Below the pieces are notes generated by a model, which worked only from the letters and a program-made list of their open reading frames with translations, made no database searches and had not been told where the DNA came from. A stretch of 63,948 bases of DNA, counting the filler, from Chiloscyllium plagiosum (taxonomy: Eukaryota): assembly GCF_004010195.1 (NCBI RefSeq). It is 4 parts of one record of this genome, joined end to end, with 100 filler letters (N's around TTAATTAATTAA, not from the genome) between each part and the next. Parts side by side here need not be neighbours in the genome. Positions count along the whole stretch, not along the records: positions 21,647 to 43,425 come from NC_057710.1; positions 43,526 to 61,292 come from NC_057710.1; 2 more parts are not named here. The stretch is one strand, 5' to 3'. This document shows positions 34,632 to 47,453 of this stretch, piece by piece (the first letter of the stretch is position 1; each line of letters opens with the position of its first letter). A program made the position numbers and the translations under genes.

Positions 34632-37130
34632 AAGTCATAGAATCATCAAGATGTACAGCATGAAAACAGACCCTTCGTTCCAACCCATCCATGCCGACCA
34701 CATATCCCAACCCAATCTAATCCCACCTCCAGTACCTGGCCTACATCCCTCCAAACCCTTCCTATTCATATACCCATCCAAATGCCTCTTAAAAGTTGCA
34801 ATTGTACCAGCCTCCACCACTTTCTTTGGCAGCTCATTCAATACATGTACCACACTCTGTGTGGAAAAGCTGCCCCTGAGGTCTCTTTTATATCTTTCCC
34901 TTCTCACTCTAAACCTATGCCCTCTACTTCTGGACTCCCCGACCCGAAGGAAAAGACTTTGTCTATTTATCCTATCCACTCCCCTCATAATTTTATAAAC
35001 CACTATAAGATCACCTCTCAGCCTCTGACGCTTCAGGGAAAACAGCCCCAGCCTGTTAGGCCTCTCCCTATAGCTCAAATCCTTCAACCCTGGCAACATC
35101 CTTGTAAATCTTTTCTGAACCCTTTCGAGTTTCACAACATCTTTCCGACAGGAAGGAGACCAGAATTGCACGCAAAATTCCAATAGTGGCCTTACCAATG
35201 TCCTGTACAGCCGCAACATGACCTCCCAACTCCTGTACTCAGTACTCTGACCAATAAAAGAAAGCATACCAAACTCTTTCTTCGCTATCCGATCTACTTG
35301 CAACTTCACTTTCAACGAGCTATAACCCTGCACTCCAAGGTCTCTTTGTTCAGCAACACTCCCTAGGACCTTACCATTAAGTGTATAAGTCCTGCTAAGA
35401 ATTGCTTTCCCAAAATGCAGCACCTTGCATTTATCTGAATTAAACTCCATCTAGCACTTCTCAGAACGTTGGCCCGTCTGGTCAAGATCCTGTTGTAATC
35501 TGAGGTAACCCTCTTCGCTGTCCACTACACCTCCAATTTTGGACATTTTGCAACGTGTCACCGTCTATTTCCCTACAGTCTATATCTTCCATATCCTTTT
35601 CCACAGTAAATACTGATGCAAAATACTCATTTGGTATCTCCCCCACTTTCTGCAGCTCCACACATAGGCTGCCTTGCTTATTTTTGAGTGGTCCTATTCT
35701 CTCCCCAGCCTGTTAGGCCTCTCCCTATAGCTCAAATCCTTCAACCCTGGCAACATCCTTGTAAATCTTTTCTGAACCCTTTTGAGTTTCACAACATCTT
35801 TCCGATAGGAAGGAGACCAGAATTGCACGCAAAATTCCAATAGTGGCCTTACCAATGTCCTGTACAGCCGCAACATGACCTCCCAACTCCTGTACTCAGT
35901 ACTCTGACCAATAAAAGAAAGCATACCAAACTCTTTCTTCGCTATCCGATCTACTTGCAACTTCACTTTCAACGAGCTATGACCCTGCACTCCAAGGTCT
36001 CTTTGTTCAGCAACACTCCCTAGGACCTTACCATAAGTCCTGCTAAGATTTGCTTTCCCAAAATGCAGCACCTTGCATTTATCTGAATTAAACTCCATCT
36101 AGCACTTCTCAGAACATTGGCCCGTCTGGTCAAGATCCTGTTGTAATCTGAGGTAACCCTCTTCGCTGTCCACTACACCTCCAATTTTGGACATTTTGCA
36201 ACATGTCACCGTCTATTTCCCTACAGTCTATATCTTCCATATCCTTTTCCACAGTAAATACTGATGCAAAATACTCATTTGGTAGCTCCCCCACTTTCTG
36301 CAGCTCCACACAAAGGCTGCCTTGCTTATTTTTGAGTGGTCCTATTCTCTCCCTAGTTACCCTTTTGTCCTTAATGTATTTGTAAAATCCCTTTGGATTC
36401 TCCTTAATTCTATTTGTCAAAGCTATCTCATGTCCCCTTTTTGCCCTCCTGATTTCCCTCTAAAGCCTTTATACTCTTCTAAGGATTCACTCAATCTATC
36501 CTGTCTATACCTGACATGAGCTTTCTTCTTTTTCGTAACCAAACCCTCAATTTCTCTAATTCTCCAGCATTCCCTATACCTACCAGCCTTTCCTTTCACC
36601 CTAACAGGAATATACTTTCTCTGGATTCTCGTTATCTCATTTCTGAAGGCTTCCCATTTTCCAGCCGTCCCTTTGCCTGCGAACATCTGCCCCCAATCAG
36701 CTTTCGAAAGTTCTTACCATCAAAATTGGCCTTTCTCCAGTTTAGAACTTCTGCGTTTAGATCTGGTATATCCTTTTACATCACTATTTTAAATCGAATA
36801 GAATTATGGTCGCTGGACCCAAAGTGCTCCCCCACTGACACCTCAGTCACCTGCCCTGCCTTATTTCCCAAGAGTAGGTCAAGTTTTGCATCTTCTCTAA
36901 TAGGTACATCCACATACTGAATCAGAAAATTGTCTTGTACACACTTAACAAATTCCTCTCCATCCAAAGCCTTAACACTATGGCAGTCCCAGTCTATGTT
37001 TGCAAAGTTAAAATCCCCTACCATAACCACCCCTTTATTGTTACAGATATCTGATATCTCCTTGCAAGTTTGTTTCTCAATTTCCCTCTGACTATTTGGA
37101 GATCTATAATACAGTCCCAATAAGCTGATC
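34632..37130 (-). mobile_element. CR1 LINE with an internal RT deletion and a ~657-bp tandem duplication
   Basis: 271-aa ORF2 C-terminus (34635-35450); EN motifs VGDFN and HFGSSDHN (36776-37204); 35046-35702 duplicated at 35703-~36352. Confidence 0.9.
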
Positions 37131-37416
37131 ATCAGATGCATCTGCTGCTGGCAGATTGGTAAGGATGAGGTCAAGTATGTTTTCCCTCTTGGTTCCCTCA
37201 CCACCTACTGCAGACCCAGTCTAGCAGCTGTGTCTTTTAGGAACTGGCCAGCTTCATCAGTTATCCCCCACCCAGAGTACATTTTATGCCCTTGTCACCA
37301 TCAGTAGTTTCTCTAAGTGTTGATAAACCTAGAGAGCTATTGATTCATCAGCTGATGGAGGACGGTATGTGGTAATCAATAGGAGGTTTCCTTATCTCGG
37401 ACGAGCCCTGTTTTTA

Positions 37417-37725
37417 GGGCGGCATGGTGGTTAGCACTACTGCCTCACAGCGCCAGAGACCCGGGTTCAAATCCCGCCTCGGGCAACTGTCTGTGTGGAG
37501 TTTGCACATTCTCCCCATGTCTGTGTGGGTTTCCTCTGGATGCTCCGGTTTCCTCCCAGTCTAAAGATGTGCAGGTTAGGTGAATTGGCCATGCTAAATT
37601 GCCCGTAGTATTAGTTGAAGGGGTAAATGTAGGGGAATGGGTCTGGGTGGGTTGTTCTTCGGAGGGTCGGTGTGGACTTGTTGGGTCGAAGGGCCTGTTT
37701 TCACACTGTAAGTAATCTAATCTAA
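37417..37725 (+). mobile_element. HE1-type V-SINE, near full length
   Basis: GGGCGGCATGGTGGTTAGCAC..., B box GGTTCAAATCC, V-domain, tail GGGTCGAAGGGCCTGTT...(TAATC)n. Confidence 0.9.
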
Positions 37726-39981
37726 TTTACTCATGAAGCCATGAGACTTCATGGGGTGTGGACCCCATGTTGAGGACTCCCAGAACAGCTCCCTCCCATC
37801 TGTTTACCACAATGCCGCTGGGTCTGTCCTGCCGGTGGGACAGTAAGCCCAGAGCCATCAGCAACTTGCAGTAGCCGCTGAATAGCATCCACATAAAGAA
37901 CACACAGCAGAAGGTGCTACAAGAGGCCCTGAGACTTTGAGTTCAATGTCATTTTCTCTAGATGAGGGAGAAGTGCCACCACAGATTAAGGATGTTCTTC
38001 AGACATCGTCACAGGACTGTTATCTGCTGGAGCAAGTCTTGTGAACTGAAGGTGTGAATGGCCATCCTATCCTACTTTCCCCTCAATGCAATGACTACAC
38101 TAAATCTTTATTCAACATTTCATCATTTATTGCCATCGCTAATTACCATTGAAATGAGTGGCTTGATGAGCCATTTTAGTGGATAGTTAAGAATCTGGAG
38201 TCACATGTAGGCTTGACCATGCAAGAATGACACATTTCCTTCCCTGAATGGCATGAGCGAACCTGATGGCCTTACATTTAATGACAAGTGACAATGGTTA
38301 CATGGTCGATATTAAGATAGCTTTTAATTTCAGACTTTTAGTTGAAGTCAAATTTTACCATCTAGCATTAATTCAAGGGGGTTCTGGATGATGGGTTCAG
38401 AAACACTGCCATGACACTGCAACTTCCTCTTATGAGTTTCTGGCTGCTTCCAAGGATCACGTAGAAACTCCTTCCAAGAAACCTATATGGGATCCCTCAA
38501 TCCTCCACCCATAAATGGATCAAGGCTGTTAGTAATGCAATTCACCTCATTTCCCTATGATGAAGTTTGTGCTGCACTCCAGGCAATAAGCTTTGTCAAC
38601 ATAGCTGGAATCTGAAAGACACTAAAGGCAATGTACACATTGTTCTGGGAGCATCATTTTATATTATAGCTGACTTCATCATTAGAAAAGCTTTTCATTC
38701 AGAAACTGCAAACTCTTTGAAATGGATACTTAGTCAAATCTAGCTTATAGAATTGTCATGACAAACAGATGGAGGCTACTAGGCCTGACAAATTCATGTC
38801 TCACTTACCCTTTTCCCCTTAACCCTGCATTTTTCAGGTGCTTGTCCAATTCCCTTCAGAAAAGCCATGATTAAATATGCCTCCATCGCCCTCACAAGCA
38901 CTCACTACATAATGAATTTCCTCATACCACTTTGGTTCTTTTGCCATTCAACTTAAATTTGTATCTTTTTGGTTCTTTACCCATCTGTCAATATGAGAAA
39001 AGCAATTTCTATCAATCCTGCTTGGGTTCCACGTTGTTTTGAATATCTGCAGATGTAGGGCTGGGGTGGGGGTGTTAGATCAGGAGGTTGTGGTGGTGTA
39101 TGAAGCAGAATATGAGTTGAAATATACACTACAAAGTGTATAATGACCTGGATAATGACCTGGAACCTGCTGCCTTCAAGGTTGGTAGAAACAGAGATGA
39201 TCGATGATTTCAAAGGAAATTGATTGGACACTTTCGGGAAATAAACCTGAGTAGCAATGGGATAGAGCAGGGGAATGGAACTGATTGGATTGCTCTGCAG
39301 TTTTTAGATACAGATGGATGAAGCATGTACTTTGCACACTCAGCCCATTTGACCAGCTGTCAAGTGACCTTACCCAGACCCCTATAGCGAGTGCTGGAAG
39401 CTGCTCAAAAAAATGGCACCAGAAATTTTTTTATGCTTACTTTTATGGTGTCAAAGGGGGCAAGAATGCTGCTCCTGGTTGACAAAAAAGCATCAATGGT
39501 CTGTTGCCAGCCCATGCAAAACCTGATCTGCTGGCTATTTCAGTATGAGAGCTAGCTGATTTCTCTCACTCTCTCACAAGTGGCCATGCTACTGATTTGC
39601 TGTGCCCAGCTCGCCTCTGTCATTTAAAGCAAGCCTGTACCAAATGTGACGATCACAATACCAACTTATATATAAGTGGCATTTCAAATATGGCAAAACG
39701 TCTGTTTGTATCTATTTCAATGTAATAGTTTCAAGAACCTTTATCAAATGATTCTTTTGTCTCTTTTCTTCAGTTTGGCACATTTTTATTTTGCATTGCA
39801 TTACTTTTTTCAGAAACCTTAATGCTGCTGGTCCCAATTGTCCCTATAAATGAGACACCCAACCTCATACAAATGAGGTACAGTTTGGCTGGGGTCTTGC
39901 GTCTTTATAAAACTTGGAATTTTACTTGTTGCCTGACCCTTACAGTTCTGAGTGATACTTGAATAGGCAGAAGAAAATAAT

Positions 39982-40165
39982 GGATTAGAGTGGTGCTGGA
40001 AAAGCACAGCAGTTCAGGCAGTATCCAAGGAGCAGAAAATCGACGTTTCGGGTAAAAGCCCTTCATCAGGTGGAGGAAGGTAGCAAAGAGTACAATGGGT
40101 GGATGGGGGTGGGATGAAGGGGATAGGTCAGAGAAGAGGGTGGAGTGGATGGGTGGAAAAGAAGA
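39982..40165 (-). mobile_element. Penelope-like terminal fragment
   Basis: Reverse complement CCTGATGAAGGGCTTTTACCCGAAACGTCGATTTTCTGCTCCTTGGATAC. Confidence 0.7.
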
Positions 40166-41517
40166 AAAAAAGAAAATAATGACCATTCCATCTGTTCCCT
40201 GTTATGTGATATACCATGATTAAAGGGTTATTGTTATTCCTGTGACCAACTGTTAAATTCAGCACAGATGACAACATAGGCTTTGACTCTCAAAAGGAGC
40301 AATCTGCTTAGGAGCAAACTTCCTATCTGCACTGAATATCAGAAATTAACTGTGTATTGATGTCTGAATTGTAACAATGAAGTAATGTATGCTATTGTAA
40401 TGTGCTGTGGACTAACAATTAGCCATGCCATATAGTTTCCTATAGGTACACAGGGATCCTATCACATTTTCAAAGGCAGTAATTTTTGCATCATTATGCC
40501 AATCCAGTGTGCAAATGTACAATGTGTAGTCACATTTACTTTCAATTATGATTATACACGGGAGGAGAAAGATTTAGTGAGATATGTTAAATACATACTG
40601 GATTTGACTAAAAAAGAAGAAACGATGCAAAATCCTTCTTTTTTTGTTTCTCACTACTGTTTAAGTCTTTGATGGATGTGGAAAATTACCTCATACAAAA
40701 CCTATTTCTCCTTATGTCATTGAGACAGTGTAAAAGAGAGAACCAGTAATCATCGGATTGATTATGAACATCTTTCATTGAATCAAAGGATGCATCCGTG
40801 CAGTCTGTTGTCTGTTGACAACAGCTGGGCATGTAAATTACATCTTGTTCGGTTGTTACATACCATTTAGTTCTCTTAAACAAAATGCAATATTGTCTGA
40901 ACTTTTCTTTTTAAAAAGTAAGTTTTGATGATTTCACCTATAATTAACTTCATTGATTTAAAAACTTACAAATTTGCTTTAAGCGAGTATTCATCAAAAA
41001 CATGGCTAATATGATTTTGTCTGTATAGATGTTTATAAGGCCACGGACAATGCTGGCATTTTATTGTTCTGACAACTGAATATCTTTCTGTTGCTGCTTC
41101 AGAGAACATTATGAATAAAACTTGTCCAGGGTTACTTGGAGGCCAGATAATGAACTTCCTTTCCCTAAAGTTCATTGAACCCATTTAACTTCATTGTATA
41201 ATAAGGTAGCAGTTTCCACATCATTGAAACCACATTTGATTGGGTTTATTATAGTTTACAGATGGAATATCTAGTATTTCTAAAGATTATCAGATTAACA
41301 GCAACATTCTCTAAACTAGTTTCTCAAAAATCTCCTTCCCATAAATCAGAAATAGATGATTTCTGCTTTCAAATTTAACATTTGATCAAAAAGAATTAAT
41401 TTTCTTCAATTATACTTGCTTTATAATTGCCTGATGTCCAATGTAGAAAGCTTTTCCAAATTTAATGCGGGTCAAAAAATACTAATGTGACCATCACAAA
41501 ATGTTATATTGTTTAAT

Positions 41518-41790
41518 TAGAGTCATAGAAATGTACAGCACAGAAACAGACCCTTCAGTCCAACTCGTCCATGCCGACCAGATATCCTAAATTAATCTAG
41601 TCCCATTTTGCCAACATTGTGCCCATACCCTATGAAACCCTTCCTATTCATATACCCATCCAGATCCCTTTTAAATGTTGTAATTGTACCAGCCTCCTCC
41701 ACTTCCTCTGGCAGCTCATTCCATACATGCACCATCCTCTGTGTGAAAAGGTTGCCCCTTAGATCCCTTTTAAATGTTTCTCCCCACTTA
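41518..41790 (-). mobile_element. CR1 LINE 3' fragment
   Basis: FKRDLRGNLFTQRMVHVWNELPEEV plus tail. Confidence 0.8.
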
Positions 41791-41799
41791 GGCCAGACC

Positions 41800-42580
41800 A
41801 AATAAGGATAGACAGGCAGGATGCTGAAAGAACACAGCAAGCCAGGCAGCATCAGGAGGTGGAGACATCAACATTTCGAGTGTAATCCTTCTTCAGGACT
41901 GAGGGGTGGGTGTGGGGGGAGCTGCAGATAAAGGGAGTGGCAGTAGCAGGGTGGTGAAGTGGGGATAGGTGAAGACAGGTAGGGGGTATAATTTGATTGG
42001 TCAATGGGAGGAATTAATCCAATTGGTGGGAGGGAGCTGTGGAAGAGTTGGGGAGGGGCTAGAAAGTGAGTCGGGGGATGGGAAGGGAAGTTATTTGAAA
42101 TTGGAGAACTGAATGTTGAGTCCTCCAGGCAGTTGGCTGTCCAGGTAGAAAGGGTTGTTCCTCCAATTTCCATCTCTGGTGACAGGCTCCAGATGGACAT
42201 TTACTACAAGCCCACAGACTCACATAACTGCCTGGAGTACATCTCCTCCCACCCAATATCCTACAAGAACTCCACCCCATTCTCCTAATTCCTCCGCCTC
42301 TACCGCATCTGCTCTGACGAAGAGACAGTCTACTCGCCAGAATCCCATGTCTGCCTATTTCACATAATGTACTTCTTCTCCATCTGTCATCCAGACAGCC
42401 CTCCATCGCACCATTTACATTCCCCGTTCCATTGCTCTAACCCGCCCCAATGCAATAAAGACAGTCTCCCGCATCCTCACCTACCACCCCAACAGGCTCT
42501 GCATCCAACGCATCATCCTTAAACACTTCTGCCAAATCCAACTAGACCCCATCACCAAGAACATCTTCCCCTCCCTGCTC
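41800..42580. mobile_element. Penelope-like element, inverted two-part fragment
   Basis: Minus part: terminus plus KLEEQPFL (EN end). Plus part from ~42170: D(I)YYKPTDSH...PIPYKNSTPFS..LRLYRICS (PLE RT thumb) and LTYHP..LCIQRIILKHF. Confidence 0.75.
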
Positions 42581-42704
42581 AAGACATTTGAATTATGATT
42601 CCAATAACACAACAACCAAGATCCTATGGATCTGAAGTGGTACGAAAGGATGTTGTCATTGATGGTTCTCCAAGAAAAGCAGCAAGTGAGCTTCCTGACA
42701 AAAA

Positions 42705-43425
42705 GAGTCATAGAGATGTAAGCATGGAAATAGACCCTTCGGTCCAACCCATCCATGCCGACCAGATATCCCAACCCAATCTAGTCCCGCCTGTCAGCAC
42801 CTGGACTATATCCCTCCAAACCCTTCCTATTCATATACCCATCCAAATGCCTCTTTAATGTTGCAATTGTACCAGCCTCCACCACTTCCTCTGGCAGTTC
42901 ATTCCATACACGTACAACTCTCTGCATGAAAAAGTTGTCCCTTAGGTCTCTTTTATATCTTTCTCCTCTCACCCTAAACCTATGCCCTCCAGTTCTGGAC
43001 TCCCCGATCCCAGGGATCGGTCCAACCCATCCATGCCGACCAGATATCCCAACCCAATCTAGTCCCGCCTGTCAGCACCTGGACTATATCCCTCCAAACC
43101 CTTCCTATTCATATACCCATCCAAATGCCTCTTTAATGTTGCAATTGTACCAGCCTCCACCACTTCCTCTGGCAGTTCATTCCATACACGTACAACTCTC
43201 TGCATGAAAAAGTTGTCCCTTAGGTCTCTTTTATATCTTTCTCCTCTCACCCTAAACCTATGCCCTCCAGTTCTGGACTCCCCGATCCCAGGGAAAAGAC
43301 TTTGCCTATTTACCCTATCCATGCCCCTCATAATTTTGTAAACCTCCATAAGGTCACCCCTCAGCCTCCAACGCTCCAGGGAAAACAGCCCCAGCCTGAT
43401 CAGCCTCTCCCTATAGCTCAAATCC
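42705..43425 (-). mobile_element. CR1 LINE 3' part with a 278-bp tandem duplication, running into a gap
   Basis: RLGLFSLERWRLRGDL...WNELPEEV; 42739-43016 repeated at 43017-43294. Confidence 0.85.
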
Positions 43426-43525
43426 NNNNNNNNNNNNNNNNNNNNNNNNNNNNNNNNNNNNNNNNNNNNTTAATTAATTAANNNNNNNNNNNNNNNNNNN
43501 NNNNNNNNNNNNNNNNNNNNNNNNN

Positions 43526-44440
43526 ATCTAGACAGTTTGGAAGAGTGGTCCAGGAAATGGCTGATGGAATTCAATGTGAGCAAATGTGAGGTCTTGCACT
43601 TTGGAAAAAAGAATACAAGCATGGATTACTTTCTAAACGGTGAGAAAATTCGTAAAGCCAAAGTACAGAGGGATCTGGAGTGCTAGTTGAGGATTCTCTA
43701 GAGGTAAACTTGCAGGTTGTGTCCGTGATTAAGAAAGCGANNNNNNNNNNNNNNNNNNNNNNNNNNNNNNNNNNNNNNNNNNNNNNNNNNNNNNNNNNNN
43801 NNNNNNNNNNNNNNNNNNNNNNNNNNNNNNNNNNNGAATATAAAAGCACTGTTGTGCTACTGAGACTTTATAAAGCTCTGGTTAGGCCCCATTTGGAGTA
43901 CTGTATCCAGTTTTGGTCCCCATACCTCAGGAAGGACATACTGGCACTGGAGCGAGTCCAGCGGAGAGTAACACGGATGATCCCTGGAATGGTAGGTCTA
44001 ACATATGAGGAACGGCTGAGGATCCTGGGATTGTATTCATTGGAGTTTAGAAGATTAAGGGGAGATCTAATAGAAACTTACAAGATAATACATGGCTTGG
44101 AGAGGGTGTTCGCTAGGAAATTGTTTCCGTTAGGCGAGGAGACTAGGACCCGTGGACACAGAATTAGAGGGGGTAAATTCAGAACAGGAATGCGGAGACA
44201 TTTCTTCAGCCAGAGAGTGGTGGGCCTGTGGAATTCATTGCCACAGAGTGCAGTGGAGGCTGGGACGCTAAATGTCTTCAAGGCAGAAATTGGTAAATTC
44301 TTGATGTCACAAGGAATTAAGGGCTACGGGGAGAATGCGGGTAAGTGGAGTTGAAATGCCCATCATCCATGATTAGAATGGCGGAGTGGACTCGATGGGC
44401 CGAATGGCCTTACTTCCACTCCTATGTTTTATGGTCTTAT
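43526..44440 (+). mobile_element. CR1 LINE 3' part (young)
   Basis: LVRPHLEYCIQFWSPYLRKD...FFSQRVVGLWN; tail GGGCCGAATGGCCTTACTTCCACTCCTATG. Confidence 0.9.
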
Positions 44441-46600
44441 GTCTTATTCCTGACATACCTATGGAAAGCCTTAGGGTTAACCCTGATCCTATCCGCCAAC
44501 AACTTCTCATGTCTCCTCCTGGCTCTTCTCTGCTCTCTTTTTAGGTCTTTCCTGACTTCCTTGTAACCCTCAAGCGCCCTAGCTGAGTTTTCACATTTTG
44601 TCCTAACATCAGCCTTCTTCTTCTTCTTGACCAGGGATTTCATTTCCTTAGTAAACCACGGCTCACGCGTTCTATATCTTCCTCCCTGCCTGACAGGTAC
44701 ATACTTATCAAGGACACACAGGAGCTTTTCCTTGAATAAGCTCCACATTTTTAATGTGCTCATCCCCTTCAGTTGCCTTCCCCATTCTACGCTTTCTAAA
44801 TCTTTCCTAATTGCATTGTAATTTCCCTTCCCCCAGCTGTAACTCTTGCTTGGTGGAGTACACCTATCCCTTTCCATCACTAAAGTAAACCTGACAGAAT
44901 TGTGATCACTGTCTCCAAAGTGCTCACCTACTTCCAAATCTAACACCTAGCCAGGCTTGTTACCCAGTACTAAATCTAAAGTGGCTTCACCCCTTGTAGG
45001 CCTGTCTATGTCAGGAAGTCCTCCTGCACACACTGGACAAAAACTGACCCATCTATAGTACTCATACTGTAGTGATCCCAGTCAATATTTGGATAGTTGA
45101 AGTCCCCCATGACAACTACCCTGCCTCTCTCACTCCTTTCGAGAATCATCTTTGCTATCCTTTCCTCAACATCTCTGGGACTACTCGGAGGCCTATAGAA
45201 AACTCCCAGCGTGGTGATTTCTCCTTTCCTGTTTCTAATCTCAGCCCATACTACCTCAGTTACCGAGTCCCCAAACATCCTTTCTACAACTGTAATATTG
45301 TCCCTGATCAACAATGCCACACCTCCTCCTTTTTTACCATCTTTTCTGTTCTTACTGAAACACCTGAATCCCGGAACCTGCAACAGCCATTCCTGTCCCT
45401 GCTCTATCCATGTTTCCGTAATGGCCACAACATCGAAGTCCCAGGCACCAACCCACGCTGCCAGTTCACCCACTTTATTTCGGCTGCTCCTCGCGTTGAA
45501 GTGCACACACTTCAATCCAGGTTCTCGCTTGCCAGTGTCAGATACTTGATTTTGGAACTCCCTACTCTCATCCTCTTCTGTACCTGTCCTACAATTTTGG
45601 TTCCCATCCCCCTGCTGTATTAGTTTAGATCCACCTTAATAGCTTTAGTGAATTTCCCACCCAGGATATTGGTATCCCTCTGGTTTAGATGAAGACCATC
45701 CTGCTTGTAGAGGTCTCACCTACCCCAGAAAGAGCTCCAAATATCCAAAATCCTGAAACCCTCCCTCCTGCACCATCCCTGTAGCCACGTGTTCAACTCC
45801 TTTCTCTCCCTATTCCTCACCTCACTAGTACGTAGCTCGGGCAGCAAACCAGAGACAACAACTCTGTTTGTCCTAGCTCTAAGCTTCCATCCTAGCTCCC
45901 TGAATTTCTGCCTCAAGTCCCCATCTCTCTTCCGACCTATGTTGTTGGTGCCAATGTGGGCCACGACTTGGGGCTGCTCTCCCTCCCCCCGAAGGATCCC
46001 AAAAACACGATCAGAGACATCACGGACCCTGGCACCCAGGAGGCAACACACCAACCGTGTTTAGGGGGATATGGGCCAAACTCTGGCAAATGGGGCCAAA
46101 TTAATTTAGGATACCTGGCCAGCATAGATGAGTTAGACTGAAGGGTTTGTTTCCGTGCTGTACTAACGCGGTTTTCGAGGAGCTGGTGTTGGGTGCACTT
46201 CCCACAGATGTAGTCAGCAGGGACACTGGTGGTGACCTTACTTCCCACATTCTGCAGGAGGAACATTCCACTGCCCTAAACTCCATTCCCACTATTCTAA
46301 CTCCCAAAGTGACTACTGAAAAAAAAGGATTAGGAAATAAATTAGTTACCTTACCTTGTCAATCTAACTTTTTTTTAGGTCAGAGGAGGAGGATGGGTGG
46401 GAGACACTACCTGAGTAGTGTCTCGGGTAACGCAACCACGCAAATATAAACTGTTCTACTTACCCTTTCCAGAAGTCCTTTGCTTGCTCCTCCCTCGCTG
46501 GCCTGAAGGTAAGACGTTTAAATATACTTAGCGGCCTTCCCGACAATCACCTCGCACCAACGTCACCACCACCCGGCTCCCGCCTCTCACTGCTCCGAAG
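44441..46600 (-). mobile_element. CR1 LINE 5' half (5'UTR, ORF1 zinc finger and SGNH, APE endonuclease), with a CR1 tail fragment at ~46058-46165
   Basis: AVECSSCRMWEV..YICGKC; VCCLLGARV..HIGTNN; MKCVHFNARS..ITETW..YRPP..MGDFN; HFGDSDHN. Confidence 0.9.
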
Positions 46601-46760
46601 TGGACCCTTAAAGAAGCAGTATTACTTCAATGCCCTTGTTAAATGCAAAACACACAGAAATCTCAGAAGCAGAAAAGGTATGAACCGTGCTAAGAAGGGG
46701 ATAAAAATTGTGGAGAAGATGCTCGACAGATGTCATTGTCTGTGGACAAAACAACACTAA

Positions 46761-47453
46761 TGTTACAACACAGGGTAAACCCCTCTGCTAATTTAAACCA
46801 ACCACACAGAAAAGATTCACCTTGTGCTATAATCTGTTAAAATTTGAGAGGTATTTACAGTAAAAATTAACAACTTTATTCTTTAAGTCCAACAGAGAAT
46901 ATTAAAACCAACAACTACTTACAACTTCTTCCTTTTAAATCTATCTTTTACCTCCCAATCTACAATACCAGTCAGATTTTAAAAATCCCGAGTAAGATTT
47001 ACAAAATAAAGTTACAAAACCAGTCAACTTTGCTGATTCTCCTTTGTACATTCTCTCCAGACGGGCCTTGATGATCTGCTGTGCACTCCCCTCAGACAGG
47101 TGCCTTTCAGAGAGTTCTTCAGCTAACAGTGTACATTTGTTGATCCGTGGCAGTTCTCCCCCTAACTGTTCAAAAGGTCCAGTTTTATACCCCAAAACAT
47201 CGCATCATTTCATTGGTTTTAATACTATCAAAATACTAAATTCAAATTTGACTGGATTTTGGTGTCTTGGGTCATAATTTAAACTGATTAGCTGAATTTG
47301 AATTTGTTTTTGTTTCATGGCAACCCATCTGCTACTATTTATTTCCATTAAGTGTTATATTGTTACCTTGTTCAGGACTCTCTGTGCTTTGTCAGTCCTT
47401 GCTAGCTTTTCAAATCTCTTAAAGGTACAGTACGCATCTACACCTTCATGACA
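46761..47453 (-). mobile_element. Solo LTR related to the Gypsy LTRs at 11176 and 16566
   Basis: TG...CA termini; 4-bp TSD CTAA at 46757-46760 and 47454-47457. Reverse complement starts TGTCATGAAGGTGTAGATGCGTACTGTACCTTTAAGAGA and ends TTAGCAGAGGGGTTTACCCTGTGTTGTAACA. Confidence 0.85.

Larger units (their letters stand above)
31035..37860 (-). mobile_element. L2/CR1-group LINE ORF2, host to four nested insertions
   Basis: ALEIEAAFDQVRHQRALAKLESM...SSQFQDISAGVPQG; IPTVVLKTCAPELAATLAQLFQYSY; EKDKAEVF. Host sequence resumes colinearly after each insert. Confidence 0.75.

Noticed and set aside
34635..35450. Longest ORF (271 aa) as a host gene
   Set aside because: C-terminus of CR1 ORF2 in a deleted, duplicated copy.
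37417..37505. tRNA gene (also at 26704, 52936, 18213, 27512)
   Set aside because: A/B boxes belong to SINE heads followed by SINE body; no complete cloverleaf evident.
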